Shown here in pieces: positions 51,488 through 64,000 of a stretch of 64,000 bases of DNA. The stretch is from Eledone cirrhosa (Eukaryota). The position numbers were made by a program, and so were the translations under genes. The stretch lies in the NCBI GenBank assembly GCA_964016885.1, contig OZ024742.1, positions 234,546,001-234,610,000 on the forward strand, in the 5' to 3' direction. The notes below the pieces were generated by a model that had not been told where the DNA came from, did no database searches, and saw nothing but the letters and a program-made list of their open reading frames with translations. The first letter of the stretch is position 1; each line of letters starts with the position of its first letter.

Positions 51488-52308
51488 CATGCATTTTGAG
51501 AGTAAAAACCCAGCATCCACATACTCCCTCCACAGCACTAATATCAAGAAGTCTTCTTGTGAACGTGACCTGGGCATTATGGTCAGCAGCGATTTGCATT
51601 GGACGAAGCATGTCTCTAAAATTGTCAAGAAGGCCAAAGGTGTCTTAGCATCACTCAGCAAGACCTTTGTCAGCCACTCTCCAGCTATCTATTTAAAGCT
51701 GTATATAGCTATGATGCGGCCACACTTAGAATTTTCATCACCAGTCTGGAACCCTTATCTTACTCAGAATATTGATCTCCTGGAAACTGTTAAGAGATGC
51801 GTAACCAAACGAATACCCTCCATCATACCGTTCATACTCTGAACGCCCTGCTTCCCTGAGCATGGATACATTGAAGATCCAAGTCTGGCAACTGACTTGG
51901 TAAACACCCACAAAATTATTAACCATCTTGCCAACAACAACCCTGAGTACCTTTTTAATTTCCCTGTGTCTAACACACGTGGGCATGCCCACAAAGTCTG
52001 AAAACAACACAGCTCCCATGACTTTCGGAAACATTTTTTCACGCTCAGAGTTGCTGAAGCATGGAACAAACTACCTGCATCAGTTGTTAGCTGTCAAGAC
52101 ACTGTATCCTTTAAAACCTTTATGCTTCCCGAGATTCGCCAACACTACACCTAATATTCCCCCTCCATACACACGCACACATGTATATCATGACTTATAC
52201 ACTATTCACTTCCCTGACATTTGTATATTATTCTATGTACTATACATGCACCTTTGACAAGTTCTAGTGCACCTGAGCCACTGTACACAATAATTTCATT
52301 ATTATTAT
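51488..52308 (+). mobile_element. CR1-group LINE 3' fragment
   Basis: ERDLGIMVSSDLHW, KLYIAMMRPHLEFSSPVWNP, TRGH and RV..AWNKLP motifs. Tail aataatttcattattatta. A CORE SINE follows at ~52317-52630. Confidence 0.88.
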
Positions 52309-52968
52309 ACATGCATTGTGAAGTTGTGTGGCTTAGTGGATGAGGTTTGGGGCTCCTGATAGTAAAGTTGTGAGTTTGCTTCCTGGACCAGTTGGCACAT
52401 TGTGTCAATTTATTTCATGTTACTTTATTTCATGCTGCTCTACTCCACTCTGCTGGAAAAAAAATTTGTTGCACCTGTAATTCAAACACTGTCACACTGA
52501 ATCTCCCTAAGAATTATGTTACAGATACATGTGTCTGTGGAATGCTCACCCACTTACACCTTAATTTCACTGGCATTTTATTCCATTGATTGAACAACTG
52601 GAACACCATATTCAAAACTGATGGAGATCCAACAAACACCCACACACATGTTGTCTTTGCTGCTGTGTGTGTGTGTTAGTTATTGAATTGTTTTACATGA
52701 CAGCACAAAGACAAAACCAAACAACACATAACACTAAAAATTTTCCACCATAATTTTATGTAAAATCTGTCTCAAGTAATGTTCCAAACACCAGTTTGGT
52801 AATGAGAAAGTTACTCATATAACTAAATCCCTTCAAAATCTTGTTGATTTTGAAAGTTATTTGAAAGTACATTTTATACAGGCAGTACATTTTATTTGAA
52901 ATATAAGAACAAAAGAGTTAAATTAACATATGGCCACCTAAAATATGACAAGTTGTATATGCTCATCA

Positions 52969-53196
52969 TTAACCCTTTAGCATTTAAATCAGCCTATCTG
53001 GCCAGAATTTGCTCACCTCTTTCTGTTCAAACTGGCTGTAACTGGCTACTCATACAGATGTTAAGGTATTGTATTTAAAATAAATAATATCAAAATCTCA
53101 TAGATTTGATATTATGTGAGATAATTATGTGAGGTAAAACCTTTACCATGAAAATACAGTAGGATATATAGAGTAATGTAAATGCTAAAGGGTTAA
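52969..53196. mobile_element. TTAA MITE family A copy
   Basis: TTAA-ccctttagcattta ... taaatgctaaaggg-TTAA. Confidence 0.85.
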
Positions 53197-55556
53197 AGCA
53201 GTACATTAAGTTTATATATTTATTGGCTATGTGGTTAAGAAGTGTTACCTTAAGCATTTTACAGTATAGTTTCAGGTTGACCAATGATGTGTAAGTGAAA
53301 TTTGGTAGATAGAAACTTTGTGGAAGTCTGTCGTATATGTGTGTGTGTTCATGTCTGTATTTATGTCTTCACTGCCTAACAGCTGGTGTTGTTTGTTTGT
53401 CTTGTAATTTAGCAGTTTGATACATAGAAATTGATAGAATAAGTAACAGACATTTAGAAAATATGTAGTCTGTGCCCCAGACACAGTCAAATGACTGAAA
53501 CCTGTTAAGGAATTAAAAAAATAAAATTATTATTTTTAAATTTCATGTTAGTAAGGAATAAATAGATAGGACAAATTGTACTGTATCTCTTTTGCTTCTT
53601 CTGTACTGCCAATATCTTTATCTGAGGCATCAATATGTCTTAGATAATATCAATTTATTATTTATATTTTAAAACTTATTAAATTATATACATAAATTCA
53701 AGTGCTGGGACTCTCACATTTTCAAATTTTAAATTATATAATGTTTATTCGTTTCAAAAGGAACAAATCAATATATAAAGAATCAGAAAGAAGAGAAAAG
53801 ACATGCATACTCAATTACACATAACAATGAGGAATGCTGGTGTTTCCCTCTAAAACCTGTTTGAGGCAAGTCAAGACATTCACAGCATTACTTCAGGTGA
53901 TAGTGAGACTAAGGGGCTGAAATATCCAAGCACTATCACAAGCATCACCGACAATGACAAAAATCTCGTTGCCCAGCTCCCCTAAACATCTCAAATGCTA
54001 CAGGCTGAAAAATGTAATTTAAAAATACAAACCACACCCTCTAGGATGTGTGAAGGATCAAGAGTCACTGACAGGAATGGTCCATTTGAGACATCCACCT
54101 CATTTATATTGTAGTCATAAAGTTTTTTTTCTTCTTTAATACATTTTTTTAAATTTTTATTTACTTTTATTTTATAACTTCTATTTTATTTCATTACTAA
54201 TTTCAATCAATTGGATCATGTGATCATTTAGCGTTTTAGGTGTTGGTTATTCTGCAACCAGCTAGATAACTGTTTGATAAACTGTTATTCTAAAGAAACT
54301 CCCGAGTAACAACTTAGTGATTCAGCTGAAATAAATTATAGTCTACCTTGGCATTGAGTACTTTTTCTCCTATTTGTTGCTACATCTGTACACACATACA
54401 TATTTGAATATGTTCTTTACATTTCCACAGGTATTTTGAGTTCCCTTTAACTATCTTCAAGTGATATATAAGCACCTTAAAGTGAATTAAAGGAAACTTA
54501 AAACACCCGTACAAACATAAGAGACATATTCAGATATAAATAAACACTGAATTTTAAAATGTATTAAATAGTAGTTTTCTTAAACATTTCATTAAGATAA
54601 CCATATGTGTGTGTGTGTGTGTGTGTATGTGTGCGCGTGCATGTGTGTGTGTGTGTGTGTGTTTACAATAGAGAATGCAGTATCACCTAGAGTAGTGTTG
54701 CCTCATCTTATCATCATCAACATCATTTTAATGTCTGCTATGTTGGCTGAGTCTACATAGACCAAGTCAGTACTGAAGTGGGGCTACTGACCTCCCAGAC
54801 AGGCTAGGGATCTGTTATCCCACTTATGTACAGTCTCATATTCTACCAAATACACCAGCATAAGAGAAGTTGTCATGTCTTTGACACAACTAAAGGGTAC
54901 TCCCAATACTTTGTTTGGCAAGCTTTCTATGACTGGATGCCCTTCGTATCACCAATCAATTTATTCCCTGAAAAGTCCCTATTGTGTTCCAGTTAATGCA
55001 CACTCATACAGCACAGATCTTGAAATATCTCTCTTATGTACTCTAAATAACTCTGGTACTTATTCTCTAAGTTTTAGTTTGTCTGACAGGAGCGTAACAG
55101 ACACTTTAGATTGCCTTGTATCCATAGTTACTGCATACAAACATTTGTTAAGTAGGGGATTTGCACTAATGGGGTTTGAAGGCATGTGGCTAAGGAGTTA
55201 GGGAGTTGGGCTTACAATCATAAAGTGGTGCATTCAATTCCTGTACTGGACAACACATTGTGTTCTTGACCAAGACGTTCTATTCCACACAGCTGGAAAA
55301 AATTAGTTGCATTGACACCAGTGCCTTCCCTTGGATAACATTGGTGGTGTGGAGAGGGAGACTGGCATGGGCAACTACTGGTCTTCTATAAAAGCACCTT
55401 GCCCAAGCTTGTACTTTGAAGAGTAACATTCCAGGTACAACCTCATGGTAAGTCGAAACCAAAAGGGGCTTCTATTAGATGGGATAGATTATTTGTAGCT
55501 TTGTTATTTGTTACATTATTTGGGATCCCACCCATTTCATTCTGCAATTTGTCTCA

Positions 55557-58235
55557 TTCATCATCATCATCATCACCGTTTTACATCCGTTCTTCCATGC
55601 TAGCATGGGTTAGACGGGTTGTCCTCTTGTGGGCAGTGTCTGGTCGGCTGACCATGCCTTGCTCATACAGGAACTGATTTTGGCTTGGTTTCTACAGCTG
55701 GATGCCCTTCCTAACACCAACCTCATTTACAGTGAGTGCTAGGTGCTTTTTTCCGTGGCGCCTACACGTCCACTTTACAGTGTGGGCTGGGTGCTTTTTT
55801 GCCATGGCACCTCCACGACCACTTTGCAGTGGGAGGGTGTGGGGGCATATTGTCTATATGATTCAGCTTGTACCCATGGGAGGTCGGGTACTCTGTATTA
55901 CTGCGTGACGCCAGAGGTCACGGTCGTGTGTCATCGCCTTTGAGAGGTGCAACTGGGTAAGGTCGGCCCCTATCACCTCATCCCAGGTCTTCTTGGGTCT
56001 CCCCACTCCGCGGCTTCCATTGACTTCTAGTGCTCTGCACCTTTTTATGCAGCTGTCATCCTTCATACGCATCACATGTCCATACCAACGCATCCACCTC
56101 TCCTGCACACAGCATTTGATTCCTCTGATGCTCAGTCTCTCTCTCAATTCATTTATGCTTTGCCATTCGCGTATATTACTATTACACATCCATCGGAGCA
56201 TGCAGGCTTCGTTTCTTTCTAATCTACGTAAGTCTTCCACCTTCAGCGCCCAGGTCTCACTACCATGTAACATTGCTGTTCGGATACACGCATCATACAG
56301 TCTGCCTTTCATTTTGAGGGAGAAGCCTTTTGCAGCTAGCAGTGGAAGTAGTTCCCTGAACTTCTTCCATCCCGTTCTTACTCTAGTTATTGTACTTTCT
56401 GAACACCCACCTCCGCTGCTAATTTGGTCACCTAGGTAGCAGAAGCTGTCTACTGTTTCTACAGAGCTCTCCCAGAGATTGGTGGTACTTGTTTCCTGTG
56501 GCTGTTTGCTGCTTGCTGTCCCAGCACAGCTGCTGCATGTGAAGCCTACATTCTTAATTAAGCTTTCTGAGATCCCGCTACATCTCTTGTGTACCCATTG
56601 TTTGCATTTGGGGCAGAGAATGGAGTTCCTACCTACACCTTTCCTACATACTGAGCAAGGCCATTTCCCTGAGGGGATCTGGGTTCTGTTTTCTCGTCTA
56701 CTTACAAGGACCTTAGTCTTTGTCATGTTGACTTTGAGACCCTTTCTTTCTAGTCCCTGCTTCCAAGTTTGGAATTTCTTCTCTAGTTCTACCATAGATT
56801 CAGCTATAAGTGCAAGGTCATCTGCATACAGGAGTTCCCATGGGCATCCAGTCTTAAACTCCTCCGTTATTGCCTGCAGGACTATGATGAACAGGAGATG
56901 GCTAAGAACAGAGCCCTTGTGGACACCAACCTGTGCGCTAAATTCCTCGCTATACTCATTGCTAATCCTAACTTTGCTGACTGCTCCCCTATACATGGCT
57001 TGTACAGCTTTCACAAGCCATTCATCTACTCCTAGTTTTCTAAGAGCCCACCAGATTATAGCACGTGGAACTCTGTCAAAGGCTTTCTCGAGATCGACGA
57101 ATGCCAGGTAGAGTCGCTTACTTTTAGCTAGGTACTTTTCCTGTAACTGCCTCACAAGGAAAAGGGCATCAGTGGTGCTTCTTCCTGGTACAAACCCAAA
57201 TTGCATCTCATCTGGTTTCACCCGGTCCCTAATCAACTGTGCTATAACTCTTTCTGTTACTTTCATGACCTGGTCCATCAGCTTTATACCTCTATAGTTT
57301 CCTCTATCTAGTGCATCACCTTTACCTTTGTAGCAGTTGACAATGATGCTACTGCACCAATCTTTTGGTATGACACCTTCTAGTATTACCTGGTTAACAA
57401 TACGTATGGTTATAGTGTGACCTACAGACCCAGATGCCTTCAGCATCTCGGCAGCTATACCCGATGGACCGGTTGCCTTCCCCATCTTCATATCTTTGAT
57501 TGCCTTACTTACTACGCTGCTGCTGACTTGTACTGCTGGCCCCTCTATAGGGTCTACTTGGGGGGAGGGTCTCTTCTTCCCATGTATTCTCATTTAGTAA
57601 TCTATCATAATGGCTCTTCCATGCATCTTTCTTCTCAGCACTTGTGAGGGCAAGCTCATCTTTATCATTCCGGATACACTTCTCTCCAATGACATCACAA
57701 TTCTCTCTGACACACTGCCTCGCAATCTTGAACACCTCCTGTTTCTGGTCCTCACGTTGCAAAACATTCTTGAATTTTCTATCCTCTGCTTCCCTCCTAG
57801 CTAAGTATACTTGTCGCCTAGCTTCCCTCTTGGTCTCTATGTAATGTACCCTGCTTCCCCCATTCTTCCATTCTTTCCATGCCTGTCTCTTGGCCTTAAC
57901 TGCCTCATCTACCTTATTGTTCCACCACCAAGTCACTCTCCTCCTGCTTGTGGTCTTACTCCAGCCACAGATCTCATCCGGCGCCTCTAGTAAGTTATTT
58001 TTTAGGAACTCCCAATGCTCTTCTATATTGAATGTTTCTATCTGTTTTTCTTTACTGTCGTAGGCATTGAGTAAAATATCTTTAAATCTCTTACTGGCCA
58101 AGGGGTCTTTCAGCTTTCAGATCTTTCTTCTCCAGGTTGGCCTCTGCTTCCAGGTTCGTCTAGTTCTGACCGTGAGGTCGCTGACAACTAAGCTATGTTG
58201 GGAGGTACATTCCTCACTAGGGAAGCCTTTTGTCA
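55557..58235 (-). mobile_element. RTE LINE truncated within the endonuclease; RT with PHD-type finger
   Basis: ORFs 58101-57505 and 57593-55863 are joined by one frameshift. QHSLVVSDL marks the endonuclease end. All RT motifs present. (GAT)n tail at ~55557-55575. Confidence 0.95.
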
Positions 58236-58256
58236 CGTCCTCTGATGAGGATAAAA

Positions 58257-58462
58257 TTTTACCATGACAGGATTGAAACATAAAGGACTGTAACTAAATG
58301 CTGCAAAGCATTTTATTCAACATTTTAATGACTCAAAAGAATATTGAGAATTCCCCCATAATATACTTTATTCTCAATATTCTTTTGAGTCATTAAAATG
58401 TTGAATAAAATGCTTTGTAGCATTTAGTTACAGTCCTTTGTTTCAATCCTGTCATGGTAAAA
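58257..58462. repeat. Inverted duplication (~95-bp arms) of an old SINE head at the LINE 5' junction
   Basis: Arms 58257-58351 and 58370-58462, 18-nt spacer, few differences. Confidence 0.85.
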
Positions 58463-58491
58463 TGAAGTATCAGTAAAATACTGGAGTCAAG

Positions 58492-58706
58492 TTAACCCTT
58501 TATCATTTACATTACTCTATATTTACTATTATATTTTCATGGTAATGGCTTTACCTTACATGATTATCTCACATAATATTGAATCTATGAGATTTTGATA
58601 TTATTTATTTTGAGAACAATATGAGCAACTGCTTACAGCCAGTTTGAACAGAAAAAAGTGAGAGAATTCTGGCCAGATACAGGCGGTTTAAATGCTAAAG
58701 GGTTAA
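58492..58706. mobile_element. TTAA MITE family A copy nested in an old SINE
   Basis: TTAA on both sides. SINE sequence continues on both flanks. Confidence 0.85.
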
Positions 58707-60690
58707 GCCACACCCATCCTCAATTTCTGACTTTGTGCCTGTGTTAGAAACAGTATTGAGTATAAAAGATAAGTTCTCATACATAGGAAGGCTTATGTTG
58801 ACATCATACTTTCAACATTTTGGCTATGAGGCATTTCCACACACAGTTACATGTTCCACAAAAACTAATATCCTGTAGGGTCTAGGAATTTTACTTGTAG
58901 TAGATTGAAATGTTGCATCTTCAGGGTAGTTAAAGCAGAGAGAGGCCTGTAACTATCATGTAATTCTCATTTGACAGTTAAACAACTTGTCTGTCACCTT
59001 ATAATATTGATGGAGGCTTCCATCTGAAAACTCCAGCCTTTACCAACACTTGTTAGTTTACTTGAATCCTATTGTTTCACTACAGTAAATAAAATAGGTC
59101 TAATGCAGAATCATGTATGTTTAGAACAATAAGGGAGACAATTCTAATGTCTTTAAAACAATTCCTTCTACTGATGTAAAAGAGTTTGGGTTCTAAATAG
59201 TCACTTTCAGCTTGTCTCACTGTTTCATTAGTTGCTGTGTTTTCTCTAATTTGCTTAATTTGTTTTTTATCATAAACAATTCTGATTTCACAGTTATGTT
59301 GACATAGGCCTAGTGTTATACACGTTTCTTCTTTCTTTTCCATTTTATTCATCAAATGTTCAGTTCAATGCATCACCTACAAACATGAAGTTGCATAATC
59401 TGTACATCCTCACTAATGTTATATCTTTACTCTCTGAATAACATTAGAGATTTAGTGGTCTCTTTCCTCTTCAATTGTTTTTCATCAATTCTATGTTTAT
59501 TTTTCCATACTGGTATGGGTTGGACAGGGTGTTTTAAGACAAAGTTTTACAGCCCGATGCCCTTCCTGATGCCAACTCTTTTAGTTGCTTTGTTCAACAT
59601 GCACAGATACCTATTCTAAAAACCAGGATATGGAAACCTTCATATGCATGTATAGAAACTAAAATGTTCTATTCATGAGCAATACAACTATTTTGGTGGA
59701 TTTTGATGTATAGGTGATAAACTTTTAATTATCTTCATTTATCTTTAGAAGTTATATGGAAGTGTATTTACTGAAAGCCCAGTATTCTGAGAATTTATCA
59801 ATTGGTTTCTGTGTGAAAATCTTTGAAAAACATTATTTCTGTTAATAAGATAAAAATCAATTAGTGATTCATCTGACTTAGTCGTGAGTTTTGTTAGCTA
59901 AGTAACTATTTCAAGATATTGATAATGGGGTATATATGTTGAGTGTAGGTGCTGAACAGGGTGAAAGATTAAGTCTACCACTCAAATTAAGTTTATTATC
60001 CAGGGAGAGTACTTAAACATTGCTACCCCACTGATACGTACCCTGATGGTGTGGGATAATGCTCTCTGGTGTGCAGACGCCAGGCACAAACCACTTTATG
60101 GTCCCAGCAGACAGAATGGAAAAAACATTGCCCCAAAGGATGGCAAAGGAGACCCATTGAAATAACCATTCCAACTTGCGAGGCTCATTCTGCAGGTTGT
60201 CAACTCCATCTCTATGGTAATGAGTTAGGAGGTGGTCAAGGGCCCAAGAATGCTGGATGTCTCCATCACTACAGGTTCGATCACAAACCTATTGAAAAGT
60301 GGCTGTTTCTTGATCAGCTTGCAATCTTCTGCTTGTTGGGCAATAAAGCCAGAGTTTATCAATGAATGCACCAGATTGCTGCTGGAGAAAGTGTCATATT
60401 GCATCCGACATGACCACCATGGATTGGACATTTAAAATCATCTTTGTTTTGTGAACATTTTAATGGTTGATATTTCTGGCATTTAAGTTTATTTCTCTCT
60501 CTCTCCCCCTCTCTCTCTCTCTTTCTCTTAAAACATCTTGAATGGGAATCTGACTATCAACAGCTTCTGAGTTTTAAAATATTCATTCTTTTGGCTGTAT
60601 CATGTGCAGGCTAGAGTTATTTGTTCACCTTCTAATTTCTACTAATAAGTATTGTTTAAATCTAATATTTAACTACATTAGTATCTATTT

Positions 60691-60810
60691 GTGAAGGCGC
60701 CTGGCTGAGTGGTTAGAGAATTGGATTTGCAACCATAAGGTTGTGAGTTCGATTCCTGAACCGGGCGCTGCGTTATGTCCTTGAGCAAGACACTTTATTT
60801 CACGTTGCTC
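60691..60810 (+). mobile_element. tRNA-derived CORE-type SINE head
   Basis: tggctgagtggttag A box, gagttcgattcc B box, tgtccttgagcaagacact CORE-like segment. Confidence 0.8.
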
Positions 60811-61786
60811 CTTCTACCTGGAATTGCGACCGATAGATAGTATTAGCATTGGAAAGACCAATGGAAACATTGTTTCCTCAGTTCGAATTAACGAAAGTCA
60901 ATCGACTGTCGATTATCTATTTTTCAGTGCTGAAATGACTTGTGTCATGTAGTATATATTAAGTTAGTTAATTTATCACATATATATATCAACTACTCAT
61001 CATATCATTTAAATAGAATTAAAAGGAATCATCTTTAGATGTATATCTATTTTTGTAACCTTATTAGGTAGTTCATTGTTCATGATCATAAAAGATCATG
61101 ATAAGAACGTTTTACTTTTGTTTCGTTTTTTTTTTCAATAAGTGTCTTATACAATTCAGTAACTCTCAGTTAGGATCAATATCTAATGAATGTAGATTAA
61201 GTAGAACTGAATTAATTTTCCGAAGTTTTGCGCAATAATATTACATAGTCATATTAATTTATTTCAGGGCAGGACGTGTCAAGGGAGATAATTTAGTAAG
61301 ACGTAAATTGCTGACAAAAATTAAATGAAACTTGAGATAACTTCTTTCAAGACAATTCATTTGAATGTTATATCTGTTAAAGAATACAAAATTCTTATCT
61401 TTAGAATAGAGATAATATCATATTTACTACTCGTGTTTTGTTTATCAGTTAGGGTTAGTTCGCAAAGTTTTTGTAGAGCTATGTAGATTCGTTTAATTCT
61501 CTATGTAGATTCATTTAATTCTCAAGGTGGCATGTTATTTTAATTATTATTTTTATTTTTCATAAAGCATTTCTACAAAATATTTTTCGAATTTTACAGA
61601 TTCTCTCATTTTAATAATCAAATAAATTTTGAAGAATTTTTTTCCAAAATTCAAAATACAAAAAAGAAAAGAAAAAATATTGAATTTGATAAACAGCAGT
61701 CAATATTTTTTTTTTTTTCTTCAAATATCTTATTTTGTTTACTTGCATTGCGTATCATGTCATATTCCTTCTTTGTTTCCAAATAG

Positions 61787-61964
61787 CACTGGCAATGTAA
61801 GACATAATTTTGAATTCCTTGATAGTAAATGGCGCAACAAAACAGGAATGCTGACTCGAAGTGCTGCAAGAGACATCTATAAGACAGCTGACAAAGCTGG
61901 TGACCTTAAATGGTCTTGCAAAACTATGTACCAAACCTCTAGAGACATTGAGCCAGTAAGTTAG
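61787..61964 (+). CDS. Probable further distal CDC14 exon (donor after 61955, or stop at 61962-61964)
   Basis: ttccttctttgtttccaaatag acceptor, phase-2 compatible with 47042 or 13014. (S)TGNVRHNFEFLDSKWRNKTGMLTRSAARDIYK...DIEP, then gtaagt. Confidence 0.55.
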
Positions 61965-64000
61965 CTGTGCCATCTTTACAAATTTCAGAGCTTTCCATCT
62001 TGCCATGCTAAACATGTGTTGCTACTGTGTTTGTCTCACACTTTCTGTGTAAAAGCTTTTTTTTGTGTGTGTGTGTATAATCTACACATTGTAAAAAGTT
62101 ACAGTTTGTTTAACAACATTTTGAAACTTATATAATATTTCCTCTGAAGTATTATAATTTTTTTTTTTAGATAAAAAAATTAGCGTTATTTTTCGCTAAA
62201 TCTAAAAATCCTGTGGTCAATATATCATATGTAAACACTCAATAATTTAACATACTTATCATTAATCAAAATTGCTTTATAAGCACACATTTTTCAGGAG
62301 AGTACAAAAAACATGGTGATTTACCAATCTCTGAGTAGCTGTTGCTCAGTTCAAAAACTTTATTGCTTTCAAAATATTTTTTCTCTTTGCTTATGCTTTA
62401 TTATTTATGATTATTTCACATTCAAGAAAGATTGTCACTGGTAGATGTTCCAAATAAGTCAAGCATTTAATATCTTTTTTTCAAATCTCTTCTTTCTCAA
62501 TTGATTCTTTTACATATGTATATATGCTTGTGTGCATGCATATATATGTGTAAATGTAAATTTTTATATATCGTTATGATATATATATATATATAAATGT
62601 AATCTGAATTTTTCGAATATTAGTAATAACATTCGATTCGTTTGCAATTATGCAAACAAGCCTCAATTTTATAGCCATGTCAGTAGAATGAACACTTCAT
62701 TCTTGCTCTTATCTTGGCATGCGAACAGAACTGCAGACACTAATGTTTCTGGGTATCACCCTTCATCAGTGCAGCTCACTGTTCACCTGCCAAACTCTCA
62801 GAGCTAGTGAAAATATATGCTATTTTCTAAAATATACAGTGACTGATCAGCCTGATTTGCATATTAGCAGACTGGCTGATCAGTCAGATCTGCATATTAA
62901 CAGATCCACTGATCAGATTACATTTATTGTATTCAGCCATGTAGAGCGAAATTTTCTTTCTTTTTTCTTTCTTTTATATATATATATATATATTATGGTT
63001 TTATAAATATATAAGTATGTATGAGTTGTTATATTAAAATGGTGACATCACTTTCAGTTTATACATGCTTATTTACAAACACAAACACAAATATGTATAT
63101 ATGGTGTTAAAGTTAGTTGTGTGGAAGGATAGATTAGAGACTGTAGTCCGTTAGATACAAAACTATGGATGATCATGGATGGAAAGCTTTTATCATCTGC
63201 ACAATCAAAGCTCACCTAGAAGTAAACAATAAATATGGCTGTTTCCAGCCAATAGATCTCAAATCAGAGGAAAAACAAGGCTAAGTGTATGGCATTCATG
63301 CAAGATGTATTATATAAGCAAAGTTAACCACCATCAGTTCCTTCCTTCCTCTAAACACTCAAGCACACATTCATGTGCATGTACATGTTGGTGGACGAAT
63401 GCACACACAGAAACCTATACATATACACACACATGTGCAAGTCTTCATTGGTATATACAAATATACATGTGTTTATATGTGAAGGCACATACATAGCATA
63501 TTGGTTTGGGTGATCATGCGTTTGAAGTATTGTTGAACAAAACATTTTATTTCACATTGCTCCAGTTCACTCAGCTGTAAAAATTGAGTAGTACCTGTAA
63601 TTCAAAAGGTCCACCTTTGTCATATACTGTGTCATGTGTTTGTGGAATGCTCAGTTACTTGCACATTAATTTCACAAGCTGGCAGCTCTGTTGTTTGGAC
63701 AAGTGGAACACTCATAGTCAGAAACAAAAGAGGTCCAACATTGTTTATTTATAAACTGGTGTCAATTCAAGAAGCATAACCAGTGTTATATAAAAAAGAA
63801 AAACTTTGATATTGAACCAATATCAATTGATTTAGCTTCTGTTCCCATGTGATCTTATTGTTCTCTGTTCTTATATCTGTAGTTCTCTATATCATCTGCC
63901 ACTAAATCATCACCCTTCATCAACATTGATTTTACATTCATTTTTTCCATGTTGGGAGGAGTTAGCCAGATCTGCTCTGCTTCATTCTCTCCATCTTTTT

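Noticed and set aside
53826-54010. Higher-complexity stretch resembling an exon
   Set aside because: Stops in all usable frames and no convincing splice-site pair.
59080-59355. 91-aa minus-strand ORF
   Set aside because: No recognisable motif or splice signals. Possibly an old transposon remnant.

Overview
AT-rich, microsatellite-dense animal genomic DNA. The repeat families suggest an octopod cephalopod (inference). The + strand carries the 3' half of a CDC14-family dual-specificity phosphatase gene. Four exons are clear (350-488, 8485-8686, 12188-12294, 12793-13014/13030). Two distal phase-compatible exon candidates lie at 46644-47042 and 61787-61955/61964. The rest is intron filled with mobile elements: young RTE LINEs with a PHD-type finger inside the RT, RTE-BovB/Expander/CR1 fossils, two tRNA-derived SINE families, TTAA-flanked MITEs, Helitrons, and mariner and Sola2-like transposase fossils. 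The most unusual region is ~15.6-40.0 kb. It holds about 14 hammerhead-ribozyme (HHR) motifs of the Penelope-like (PLE) type, mostly sitting in (TA)n tracts and often within fold-back palindromes. These include U3-A8 core variants and HHRs with ~60-105 nt stem II expansions. The same region has a PLE fossil whose CxCx5C linker carries TGA at two conserved Cys positions, the signature of selenocysteine-encoding Naiad-type retroelements. All calls were made by eye and repeat boundaries are approximate.
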